Translations under genes and position numbers: made by a program
Assembly: GCA_046328155.1 (NCBI GenBank)
Contig: JAXLXC010000001.1
Span: 133,222 to 197,221, forward strand
Reading direction: 5' to 3'
Length of the DNA: 64,000 bases
DNA from: Chloroflexota bacterium
Lineage (GTDB): Bacteria > Chloroflexota > Limnocylindria > Limnocylindrales > CSP1-4
The notes under the pieces: model-generated
Told to the model about the DNA's origin: nothing
Seen by the model: only the letters and a program-made list of their open reading frames with translations
Databases searched by the model: none
Shown here: positions 9,627 through 17,003 of the stretch, piece by piece
Numbering within the stretch: position 1 is the stretch's first letter
Layout of the letters: every line of letters starts with the position of its first letter

Positions 9627-9770
9627 GTGGCGGGGCCTCGGCGCCGGCCGCGCTCGCGGTTCCACGATCTTCGGCATGCCGCCGCGACGTTCGTCCTGGC
9701 GCACGGCATGACGCTCGAGGACGTCAAACAGCTCCTCGCCCACGGCTCGCAAGGCAGCCGTGGGCGATGC
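9627..9770 (+). pseudogene. tyrosine recombinase/integrase C-terminal fragment
   Basis: Contains RFHDLRHAAATFVLAHGMTLEDVKQLLAHGS, which matches the conserved HxLRH...LGH box II region of phage-type integrases. No N-terminal or catalytic-Tyr part is present in frame. Confidence 0.5.
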
Positions 9771-10213
9771 GGGGGTCGAGTTGGTGCTGCGGCAGGCGGT
9801 GACATCAACGTTCGCTGGTCCCTCTGACCCGCGCCGCGACCGCGAGTTGTTATATGACACTCTGGTCCATCGGGTGCAGGGCGATGAGATCGACCTAAGG
9901 GCGGCCGACGCAGAGCTCGCGCGCTTGGCTGCTAGGGCGACCGCCTGGGTCGCGGAGTGGGCGATCCGATGGGCCGGCGCAGACGTGCACCCTGGTGGCG
10001 GGTGAACGCCCGCCCTCGATGATGCCGCCCGCGTGGTCGTCGAGGCCGTCGCCGATGTCCCGACGGGCGAGACGTTCGAGGCTGTGCTGGGGGTCATCGA
10101 CCCCGAGTCGGTGCCCTGGCTCGAGCGGGCCTACGCCGAGCTGGCGCCGGTGCAGGAGCCCGACGGCTACAGCGTGGCGCTCGCAGCGGCGTAGGCTTGA
10201 CACATGGTCTTGA

Positions 10214-10555
10214 GTGCGGGCGCCATCGGGCTCACTAGGCAACGTGCCCGCACTCGAGGCCTGTGGGGTTCATCTGCGATACGGTCGGCGAGGGTCTGCT
10301 GCGCTCTGCGAGTTCGCGATGGCCGCGCCACGGGGCTCAATCACCGCCCTCGTCGGGCCGAACGGTGCCGGCAAGTCGTCGCTCCTGAGATCGTTCGTTG
10401 GTTTCGAGCACCCGCAGCAGGGCGTGCTGCGGGTGCTGGGCCACGGTGTCCGGGCAGAGCGAGCCCCGGCACTCGCGAGTGTCGGCTACCTTGCCCAGGA
10501 TTCGCAGCTGTACCACGGCCTCACCGTGGCGCGTCACGTCGACCTCATGGAGCCT
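10214..10555 (+). pseudogene. ABC transporter ATP-binding protein, N-terminal fragment only
   Basis: Walker A (LVGPNGAGKSSLL) and the Q-loop region (YLAQDSQLY) are present. The signature motif, Walker B and H-loop are absent. The reading frame runs directly into unrelated sequence. Confidence 0.6.
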
Positions 10556-10585
10556 CCGAACGGGCTTCGACCGCGCCGACGCACT

Positions 10586-10845
10586 GTCGACACTCGAGTG
10601 GATGCGAAGACCGACCCCCGGGGCATCGTGACCACCTACGAGTACGATGGCTTGGGGAGCCAGACGCGCGTCATCCTCAACGATGTCGCTGGCTCCTCGT
10701 CCGAGGGCGACGAGGACCTGAGCGAGCGGACCTGGTATGACACCATCGGGTATGTGGCCGCGACCGAGGACCCGCGCGGCACGGTCACCCGGCACATCAC
10801 CGACGTGCTCGGCCGCGAGACCAAGACGATCCAGCAGGCCTCGGT
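10586..10845 (+). pseudogene. RHS/YD-repeat protein internal fragment
   Basis: YD repeats DPRGIVTTYEYDGLGSQTRV and YDTIGYVAATEDPRGTVTRHITDVLGRETKT. It lies in the same ORF as the ABC fragment and ends at the att-like repeat. Confidence 0.6.
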
Positions 10846-10878
10846 TCAAATCCGAGTGTCGGCTCCACAACCCCGTCG
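10842..10878 (+). repeat. direct repeat copy 2 (attR-like), a partial duplicate of the tRNA-Thr 3' half
   Basis: cagcaggcctcggttcaaatccgagtgtcggctccac. It lacks the tRNA 5' half, so it is not a second tRNA gene. Confidence 0.85.
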
Positions 10879-10981
10879 CCGCCTCCGAGCTGCCGAGCAC
10901 GGCACATGGATGTCCTCGCCAAGATGCCGCCCGCATCGGCGACACATGCGCCAGCGTGACGTGCTCACGCCCTTGGCGCTG

Positions 10982-11018
10982 AGTCTAATGACTCTTAGAC
11001 TAATCTGATTTAGACTAA
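10982..11018. promoter_or_regulatory. AT-rich repeat cluster upstream of the first ATPase gene
   Basis: AGTCTAA-N6-TTAGACT inverted repeat (10982-11001) plus a second TTAGACTAA copy at 11010-11018. Roughly 35% GC in a ~70% GC genome. Confidence 0.45.
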
Positions 11019-11024
11019 CACCCC

Positions 11025-12569
11025 ATGGATCAGCAGGACCTCGGTCTGGTCGACGTCGACCAGACCATCATGCGAATCGCCGAGGCGCATCCGGACCGGG
11101 TCCGCCTGGAGGAGACCACGCCCCTCCGTCGCCGATTCATCGATCGGCATGTCGAGCAAGCGGTCCTTGCCGACGCATGGAACTCTGGTCGGGCCGAGCT
11201 CGTCCACCTGCATGGTCGTCGTCGTGTGGGCAAGAGCGCGCTCCTGGGCCGGTTCGCCGAAGGACGCCATATCGCCTACTACGTGGCAGCGCAGCAGCTT
11301 GAGGCCGCACAGCTCACGGACCTGGGCGAGGTGCTCGGGCCGCTCTCCACCGGGTTCCGGCCCGGCCGGCCGCCGCGGCTCGCGATCCGGGACTGGGCCG
11401 AGCTGCTCGACGTCCTCACCGATGCCGCGCGCCGGAGCAGGGTCGGCCTCATCCTCGACGAGTTCCCGTACCTCATCGAGGCGAACGAGAGCCTCCCATC
11501 GCTCATCCAGCGTTGGTGGGACCGCGTTGGCTCCAAAGCCGATCTCGTCCTGGTCCTCGCGGGCTCCCATCAGGCCATGATGCGAAGCCTGCTCGATCCG
11601 GACGGCGCCCTCCATGGCAGGCCCACCCGTCGACTCGAGGTTCGACCCCTCGATTACTTCCACGCGGGCAGGTTCATGGCCCGGTGGTCGCCGGAGGACC
11701 GCGTGCGCGCATACGCCGTTGCTGGAGGGATGCCGGCGTACCTCGAGCGCTTCGACGACCGGCACCCCTTCCGCTACGAGCTGTACCGGGTCGCGTACTC
11801 GCCGGACGGACGCCTGTTCCAGGAGGCACCAGAGCTGCTCAGCCGGGAGTTCACCGAGCCACGGACCTATGAGTCCGTGCTCCGGGCCATCGCGAGCGGC
11901 TACGTGACCCCGAGCGAGATCGCCCAACAGGCGGGCCTCTCGGGCGCGAACCGGGTCGGGCCGTACATCGACCGGCTCATCCAGCTCGGCATGGTGCGCA
12001 GGGTCACGCTCCCGTCCGAAGCACAGGAGGTGCGCCCGCGAATCAGCCGATACGTCCTCGCCGATCAGTATCTGCGCTTCTACTTCGCCCTGGTCGACCC
12101 ATGGCGGAGCGCCATCCAGCAGGGCCGAGGCGGGCCAGTCCTCGACCACCTCTGGCCGGAAGCATTCGACCAGTTCGTGAGCCGGGCGTTCGAGGACGTC
12201 GCCGTGCAGTATCTGCTGCGCCTCAGCGGAGCGCAGGAGCTGCCGCCCGTGTCGTCGTCCGGTCCATGGTGGTTCACGGGGGGCGGCGACATCGATGCCG
12301 TGACGATGACTGGCAACGTCATGACCGCGGCAGCCGAGGCCAAGTGGACCACCGAGTACCTCAAGCCCGGCGACCTGGCGGAGCTTCGGACGAACGTCGC
12401 CAGAGCGCAACGAGGGGCGACGCCACGACTCTTCGGGTTCTCGCGGTCGGGCTTCGACCGTCATCTCCGCGATGAGACCGACCTCACGCAGGTCAAGCTC
12501 CGAGACCTGTACCGTGCTGACCTCGACTACGAGCGACGCACGGACGCCTGGTTGACCGCACGGCCGTAG
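11025..12569 (+). CDS. AAA+ ATPase (archaeal-ATPase/PF01637-like), wHTH and DUF234 (PD-(D/E)xK-like) protein
   Basis: 514-aa ORF, with an alternative start at 11070. Walker A HGRRRVGKSALL, Walker B GLILDEFPYL, wHTH TPSEIAQQAGLSGANRVGPYIDRLIQLGMV. The C-terminal GDIDAV-x11-AEAKW fits a D...ExK nuclease motif. Confidence 0.85.
   Translation: MDQQDLGLVDVDQTIMRIAEAHPDRVRLEETTPLRRRFIDRHVEQAVLADAWNSGRAELVHLHGRRRVGKSALLGRFAEGRHIAYYVAAQQLEAAQLTDLGEVLGPLSTGFRPGRPPRLAIRDWAELLDVLTDAARRSRVGLILDEFPYLIEANESLPSLIQRWWDRVGSKADLVLVLAGSHQAMMRSLLDPDGALHGRPTRRLEVRPLDYFHAGRFMARWSPEDRVRAYAVAGGMPAYLERFDDRHPFRYELYRVAYSPDGRLFQEAPELLSREFTEPRTYESVLRAIASGYVTPSEIAQQAGLSGANRVGPYIDRLIQLGMVRRVTLPSEAQEVRPRISRYVLADQYLRFYFALVDPWRSAIQQGRGGPVLDHLWPEAFDQFVSRAFEDVAVQYLLRLSGAQELPPVSSSGPWWFTGGGDIDAVTMTGNVMTAAAEAKWTTEYLKPGDLAELRTNVARAQRGATPRLFGFSRSGFDRHLRDETDLTQVKLRDLYRADLDYERRTDAWLTARP
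11043..11066. promoter_or_regulatory. perfect 24-bp palindrome GGTCTGGTCGACGTCGACCAGACC
   Basis: Read directly from the sequence. It lies between the annotated ATG (11025) and an in-frame ATG at 11070, so it is either an operator/5'-UTR hairpin or is encoded in the first 15 codons. Confidence 0.5.
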
Positions 12570-12572
12570 GCG

Positions 12573-14036
12573 TCAGGACCCGGTGTAGATGCGCGCGAGG
12601 TCGACGAGTTCGAGGTCCGGGCGACCGGCCGCCTCGGCGACGAGGTCGGGCGAGAAGCCGGAGCGACCGAAGAGGATCAAGCGGGCCCTCGCCGCATCGC
12701 ACCGCCCCGCGAGAAGCGTTCTGCTCTTCTCGAGCTTCTTGAGGTCACCTGTCGTCCGCTTGGCACTGCCACCCTTGGCCTCGCCGACGGCGAGCACCTT
12801 GGGACGCTTCGCGTTGGGGTTGCCCTCGACGGCCACCACGTCAAGCTCGGCCATGCTCCTGGCTGCGGCGTCATTGATCTGGGTCGATCCGACGACCGAC
12901 GGGCGACCGCCCAGAGTCGTCTCGCCCGCGAACTGGCGGGTCCAGATCCGGGCCATCTCCTCGAAGTGCGGTCCGAGCACAGAGGACTCGAAGGTCGCTC
13001 GCGCGTCGGCCCATGCCTCGGCAGTGCGTCGGTCCTCGAAGCGGGCGAGGTCTCGCCGGACGACGGCGAAGTGGAACCGAAGATAGGGGTCCACCAGCCG
13101 CACGACAGGGCGCTTCGCCCGCCAGAGGTCGTCGTCGCGTCTGATGAACGAGGCGTCCTCGAGCACCTTGAGCGGGTAGCGCAGCGCCGAGTCGTCGCGG
13201 GCAAGCACCTTGCCGATGCCTGTGCGGGTGGTGTTTCCCTCCGCAATCGCCGCGAGCACGGACTGATAGAGTGCGCGGTCCGTGATGGCCGGGTCCTCCG
13301 TGAGGACGTAGTCCGCCTCCCGGAACAGGGCGCTCGAGGGATCGAGCATCCCCTCGATGAGCCACGTCTCGAACTCATCTGGTGTCTGCGGCGCAGCATC
13401 CGAGAGAAGCGGCCGATAGCCTGGGGTGCCTCCAAGGACCGCGTTGACGAGGAATGCCGTCCCGGGATCCGTGATGCCCCAGTAGTCGGCTGCCTGTCGG
13501 AAGTCGAACGGGGCCATGAGGGTGTCGAGGCTGACACGGCCCCGCAGGGCCTTCTGGCCCGAGAGCAGATCGGTCATGACCGAAAGTGCCGAACCGCACA
13601 GCACCAGGCGGAAGGGTGGGCCGGCAGCCGAACGCGCAGCGTCGAACGCGGCCTGGATGACGGAGGGCAGTTCGGGCGACTTGGCGATCAGGTAGGGGAA
13701 CTCGTCAAGGACGACCAGACGGTCGGGACCGGCGCGCCGGATCAACTCGTCGAATGCCGCGACCCAGTCGGGGTATGTGATCGTGCCGGAGACTCCGGCA
13801 TCGGCCGCGATCAGACGGCCGATCCGGGTGAGGGCCGGCTCACGCTCCTCCTCGAGCGCCTGGTGATAGAGGCCCCCTGTCAGGGTGGAGAAGGAGCGCA
13901 GGACATATGACTTGCCTTGACGCCGGCGTCCGTAGACGAGACCGATCGCGGGCGCTGGCCGCCGAATGAAGGTCTCCAGGTCCGCCCACTCCCGGTCGCG
14001 GTCGAAGAGGATGTCGGGCTTCATCTCACGAACCAT
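12573..14036 (-). CDS. AAA+ ATPase, wHTH and DUF234 (PD-(D/E)xK-like) protein, paralogue of 11025..12569
   Basis: The real start is at the ATG at 14036 or 14024 (MVREMKPDILFDRDREW...). The upstream 117 codons of the track ORF are Arg-rich junk. Walker A YGRRRQGKSYVL, Walker B LVVLDEFPYL. C-terminal ELDVVAV-x14-VGEAKG. Confidence 0.85.
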   Translation of the reverse strand: MVREMKPDILFDRDREWADLETFIRRPAPAIGLVYGRRRQGKSYVLRSFSTLTGGLYHQALEEEREPALTRIGRLIAADAGVSGTITYPDWVAAFDELIRRAGPDRLVVLDEFPYLIAKSPELPSVIQAAFDAARSAAGPPFRLVLCGSALSVMTDLLSGQKALRGRVSLDTLMAPFDFRQAADYWGITDPGTAFLVNAVLGGTPGYRPLLSDAAPQTPDEFETWLIEGMLDPSSALFREADYVLTEDPAITDRALYQSVLAAIAEGNTTRTGIGKVLARDDSALRYPLKVLEDASFIRRDDDLWRAKRPVVRLVDPYLRFHFAVVRRDLARFEDRRTAEAWADARATFESSVLGPHFEEMARIWTRQFAGETTLGGRPSVVGSTQINDAAARSMAELDVVAVEGNPNAKRPKVLAVGEAKGGSAKRTTGDLKKLEKSRTLLAGRCDAARARLILFGRSGFSPDLVAEAAGRPDLELVDLARIYTGS

Positions 14037-14043
14037 GATAAGG

Positions 14044-14073
14044 GTAAGTCGACTTACGGTAAGTCGAGTTACC
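14044..14073. promoter_or_regulatory. tandem palindromes GTAAGTCGACTTAC and GGTAAGTCGAGTTACC just upstream of the second ATPase gene
   Basis: Read directly, 8-37 bp upstream of the ATG at 14036, in a locally AT-richer segment. Confidence 0.5.
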
Positions 14074-14149
14074 CCTCCCGGCGCGTCTCGGCGACGGCAC
14101 CGATTCGGAGATCGCCGCCGCCACGCCTCGCACGGCGCCGTGGCACCTA

Positions 14150-14321
14150 TCGCGAGGCGGCCCGTCCATCGGGGAGAACCCTCGCCACGAGTCGGGCGGC
14201 CACGATCCGGGTGGCGACGCACGGTCGCCGTAGCGTCCCAGGCCCGGGGTGGCTGGCCGAGCCGTTCACCCAGTGGGTCATCGAGGACCGCTGCCCGCAA
14301 GCCCGCCCGCCGCGGGCGTGA
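14150..14321 (+). pseudogene. possible mannitol-dehydrogenase-family remnant
   Basis: The only support is the short, characteristic stretch LAEPFTQWVIEDR. There is no start and no N-terminal domain, and the region is overlapped by the 3' end of the opposite-strand gene. Confidence 0.3.
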
Positions 14322-15147
14322 ACCCCTCGGCCCGCAGCAGGTCGTCGAGGCGGTCCAGGAGGCGGTCCACGCGGACGCCCAGCCCATCGAGGTCGGTGGT
14401 CGCGGTGCGGAGCAGCTCCTCGATGTCGTGAGCCATGCCCGTGGGACGCCGGGGACACTCGCGGCTCATCGCCTCCACCAGCCGCTTCTCGCCCGGGTGG
14501 GTGCGCCGGTTGAGCGCGAACACGATGTCCGCGTAGCTCGCGAGGAGCCCCGTCAGCCGGTGCTGGATGCTGACCAGGTCCCGGCGCGCGACCGCCGCGG
14601 CCAGCTGGTTGGCGTAGGAGGGCAACACCGCCCGCAGGACCGGGTGGTTCCGAGTGACGATGCTGGCCCGGAGCGCCTCGGGGTATGGCACGTCGACGCG
14701 TGCCTGGAGGCGCCGCAGCCAGCCCGTCTCGTCCGCGAGCACGACGCACCCGCGGACCGTATGCCAGAAGCAGGTCGTGTAGCCCAAGCTCGCCTCGTGA
14801 CGGTCGAGCACCGCGGCGACGCGGTCCTCCATCCATGCGGCGTCGAAGAACACGACGTCCACATGCGTCCCCGTCGGCGCATGCAGCCACTCGTCGCCAG
14901 GTCCCCAGAAGTCCATGCCGAGGTCCGAGCGCGTCGCCCCGCCCAGCGCGGCCACGAGGTCCCGTCGGTCGGCCACCGGGACATCGCCCCGGGTGTAGAC
15001 CTCGAGGTCCAGGTCGGACGCGTCGTCCGGACCGAGCCCGCCATGGCCACGCGATCCGCCCATGGCCACCGCCACGACGCCCGGGAGCACCGCCAGCCCC
15101 TGTGCCACCCGTGCCGCCAGGTCGGCCACCTGCCCGACCTCGGTCAT
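14278..15147 (-). CDS. nucleotidyltransferase-domain protein (DUF4037-like)
   Basis: Start at the ATG at 15147 (MTEVGQVADLAARV...). NTase motif GGSRGHGGLGPDDASDLDLEVY. The ATGA overlap with the TetR stop suggests translational coupling. Confidence 0.75.
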   Translation of the reverse strand: MTEVGQVADLAARVAQGLAVLPGVVAVAMGGSRGHGGLGPDDASDLDLEVYTRGDVPVADRRDLVAALGGATRSDLGMDFWGPGDEWLHAPTGTHVDVVFFDAAWMEDRVAAVLDRHEASLGYTTCFWHTVRGCVVLADETGWLRRLQARVDVPYPEALRASIVTRNHPVLRAVLPSYANQLAAAVARRDLVSIQHRLTGLLASYADIVFALNRRTHPGEKRLVEAMSRECPRRPTGMAHDIEELLRTATTDLDGLGVRVDRLLDRLDDLLRAEGFTPAAGGLAGSGPR

Positions 15148-15719
15148 CGTCTGCGGGCCCCGCGCTGGCCCAGCGCCACGACGAGACGCTCCACCCCGAA
15201 GTGGAAGGCGGCGTCCGGGTCGCCGCCCAGCCGGAATGCCCCGGCCAGCTCCATGGACACGAAGCCGCTGGCCCACGCGGTCAGCAGGCGTGCAGCCGCC
15301 AGCGCGTCTCCGGGCCCCGCGAGCGCGGCGGCGACCCGCAGGACGGGCTCGGCCGCCCGTCGGTTGACCTCGGCATCCACCCGCTGATCCTGAGGCACGC
15401 GAGCGAGCAGCAGCGCAAAGGCGCCGGGTCGGGCATGCCCGAACGCCCGATACGCCGCCGCCAGGGCAGCGAGGTCGTCGCCCGGCGAGACGCCCCGGAT
15501 GCTCGCCGCGAGCGCCTGTGTCAGGTCCGCCAGCACGGCGGTGGCGACCAGGCGCACCAGGTGGTCGCGGTCGCGGACGTGCTTGTACAGCGATGGCGCA
15601 CGGACCCCCACCTCGACCGCGACGCGTCGCATCGTCAGGCCATCGATTCCCTCGGCCTCCAGGATCCGCTGCCCGGCATGGACGATGGCATCGATGGAGG
15701 TCCGGGCGGGAGCTGGCAC
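15144..15719 (-). CDS. TetR/AcrR family transcriptional regulator
   Basis: 191 aa with the N-terminal HTH LTMRRVAVEVGVRAPSLYKHV. Confidence 0.9.
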   Translation of the reverse strand: MPAPARTSIDAIVHAGQRILEAEGIDGLTMRRVAVEVGVRAPSLYKHVRDRDHLVRLVATAVLADLTQALAASIRGVSPGDDLAALAAAYRAFGHARPGAFALLLARVPQDQRVDAEVNRRAAEPVLRVAAALAGPGDALAAARLLTAWASGFVSMELAGAFRLGGDPDAAFHFGVERLVVALGQRGARRR

Positions 15720-15740
15720 TGGTCGTCGACCCCCGGGTTC

Positions 15741-15803
15741 TAAGGCTATTGACAGTAGCCATGAATGCTACGCATCATAGCCTTGATACGCCAAGGATAG
15801 CCA
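15741..15803. promoter_or_regulatory. divergent TetR/MBL promoter region with repeated TAGCC/GGCTA motifs
   Basis: aaGGCTAttgacagTAGCCatgaatgctacgcatcaTAGCCttgatacgccaaggaTAGCC. This is an AT-richer intergenic region, and the TAGCC copies are spaced about two helical turns apart. Confidence 0.4.
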
Positions 15804-15825
15804 CTCATCGAGGACCACGGAAGCC

Positions 15826-16578
15826 ATGCGAGTCGCGGACGGGCTGCACCGATTGGGCAACGGCACGGTCAACTGCTATCTGGTGGCCGACGGGTCCGAG
15901 GTCAGCATCATCGACGCCGGCGTCCCAGGCTACTGGGGCGACCTGCCCCGGGACCTCGCTGCGATGGGCCGCACGCTGGACGACGTCCGTGCGGTCGTGC
16001 TCACGCATGGGCACACCGATCACATCGGCTTCGCCGAGCGGCTCCGCCGGGAGCGACACATCCCCGTCCGCGTGCACGAGTTCGACGCCGCGCTGGCTCG
16101 GGGTGAGGTGCCCAACCCGGCCAAGGGCCTCGGTCCGACGCGGATCCGGCCGCTGCTCGAGTTCCTGGCCTACACCGCACGACGCGGCGGTCTGCGAATC
16201 ACCTACCTGACGGAGGTCGCGACGTTTGGCGACGGCGCCACCCTGGACGTGCCGGGCGCGCCGCGGGTGGTGCTGGTGCCGGGACATACGCCCGGGAGCG
16301 TCGCGCTGCACATGCCCAGCCACGACGCGCTGTTCGTGGGCGACGCACTCGCGACACGCGCCGTGACCACTGGCGAGACCGGCCCGCGGCTGGCGCCGTT
16401 CACCGCCGACGCCGACCAGGCCCTGGCGTCGCTGGCGCGGCTGGAGACGCTCGACGCCGGGCTGGTCCTGCCGGGGCACGGCGAGGCGTGGGCGGGCGGG
16501 GTCGCGGAGGCGGTCAGGCTCGTGCGGGCGGCGGGCATCCGGGGGCGCCCGGGGCGCGGGACCGGCACGGACGGCTGA
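15826..16578 (+). CDS. MBL-fold metallo-hydrolase
   Basis: 250 aa with the metal-binding motif VVLTHGHTDHIGF. Confidence 0.9.
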   Translation: MRVADGLHRLGNGTVNCYLVADGSEVSIIDAGVPGYWGDLPRDLAAMGRTLDDVRAVVLTHGHTDHIGFAERLRRERHIPVRVHEFDAALARGEVPNPAKGLGPTRIRPLLEFLAYTARRGGLRITYLTEVATFGDGATLDVPGAPRVVLVPGHTPGSVALHMPSHDALFVGDALATRAVTTGETGPRLAPFTADADQALASLARLETLDAGLVLPGHGEAWAGGVAEAVRLVRAAGIRGRPGRGTGTDG

Positions 16579-16602
16579 CCCGACCTGCCATGCTGTCGCC
16601 GC

Positions 16603-16958
16603 ATGGGCACCGTCGCCGACTACATCGCCGAGCTCGACGAGCCGGCACGCTCGCTGCTGGCAGGCTATCGGTCGCGCGCGCTTGGCCTGGTGCCTGACGC
16701 GGACGAGGGCACCAGCTACGGCATGGCGGCGCTGCGCCATCGTGGGCGACCGCTGGTCGCGATCCTCGTCACCAGGGCCGGCTACTCCGCGTACCCGTTC
16801 AGCCCGGCGGTGGTGGCTCGCGTGATGGCGACGCTGGAGGGTTCGAAGGGACCAAGGGCGGCATCCGGTTCACGGACGAGCGACCGCTCCCGGACGAGGC
16901 CTTCGATTCGCTGGTCCTCGCCCGCCGCGACGAGATCGACGCGGCGCTGGCTCGCTGA
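16603..16958 (+). pseudogene. DUF1801 (YdhG-like) protein interrupted by one frameshift
   Basis: The first frame gives MGTVADYIAELDEPARSLL...VMATLEG. The expected C-terminus, FEGTKGGIRFTDERPLPDEAFDSLVLARRDEIDAALAR*, continues in another frame from about 16842. The total length of 356 nt is not divisible by 3. Confidence 0.65.
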
Positions 16959-16967
16959 GCGCCGCCG

Positions 16968-17003
16968 CCTACTGGACGGTGACCGCCTACTGGACGGTGA
17001 CCG
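16968..17003. repeat. perfect 18-bp tandem duplication (cctactggacggtgaccg x2)
   Basis: Read directly from the sequence. It duplicates the last codons plus the stop (VTVQ*) of the minus-strand CAP-domain gene. Confidence 0.9.

Larger units (their letters stand above)
7422..10878. mobile_element. decayed tRNA-Thr-integrated genomic island (no intact integrase)
   Basis: Bounded by the tRNA 3' half and its 37-nt duplicate. Contains a tyrosine-recombinase C-terminal remnant, other gene fragments, and visibly lower-GC cargo genes (protease region). Confidence 0.55.
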
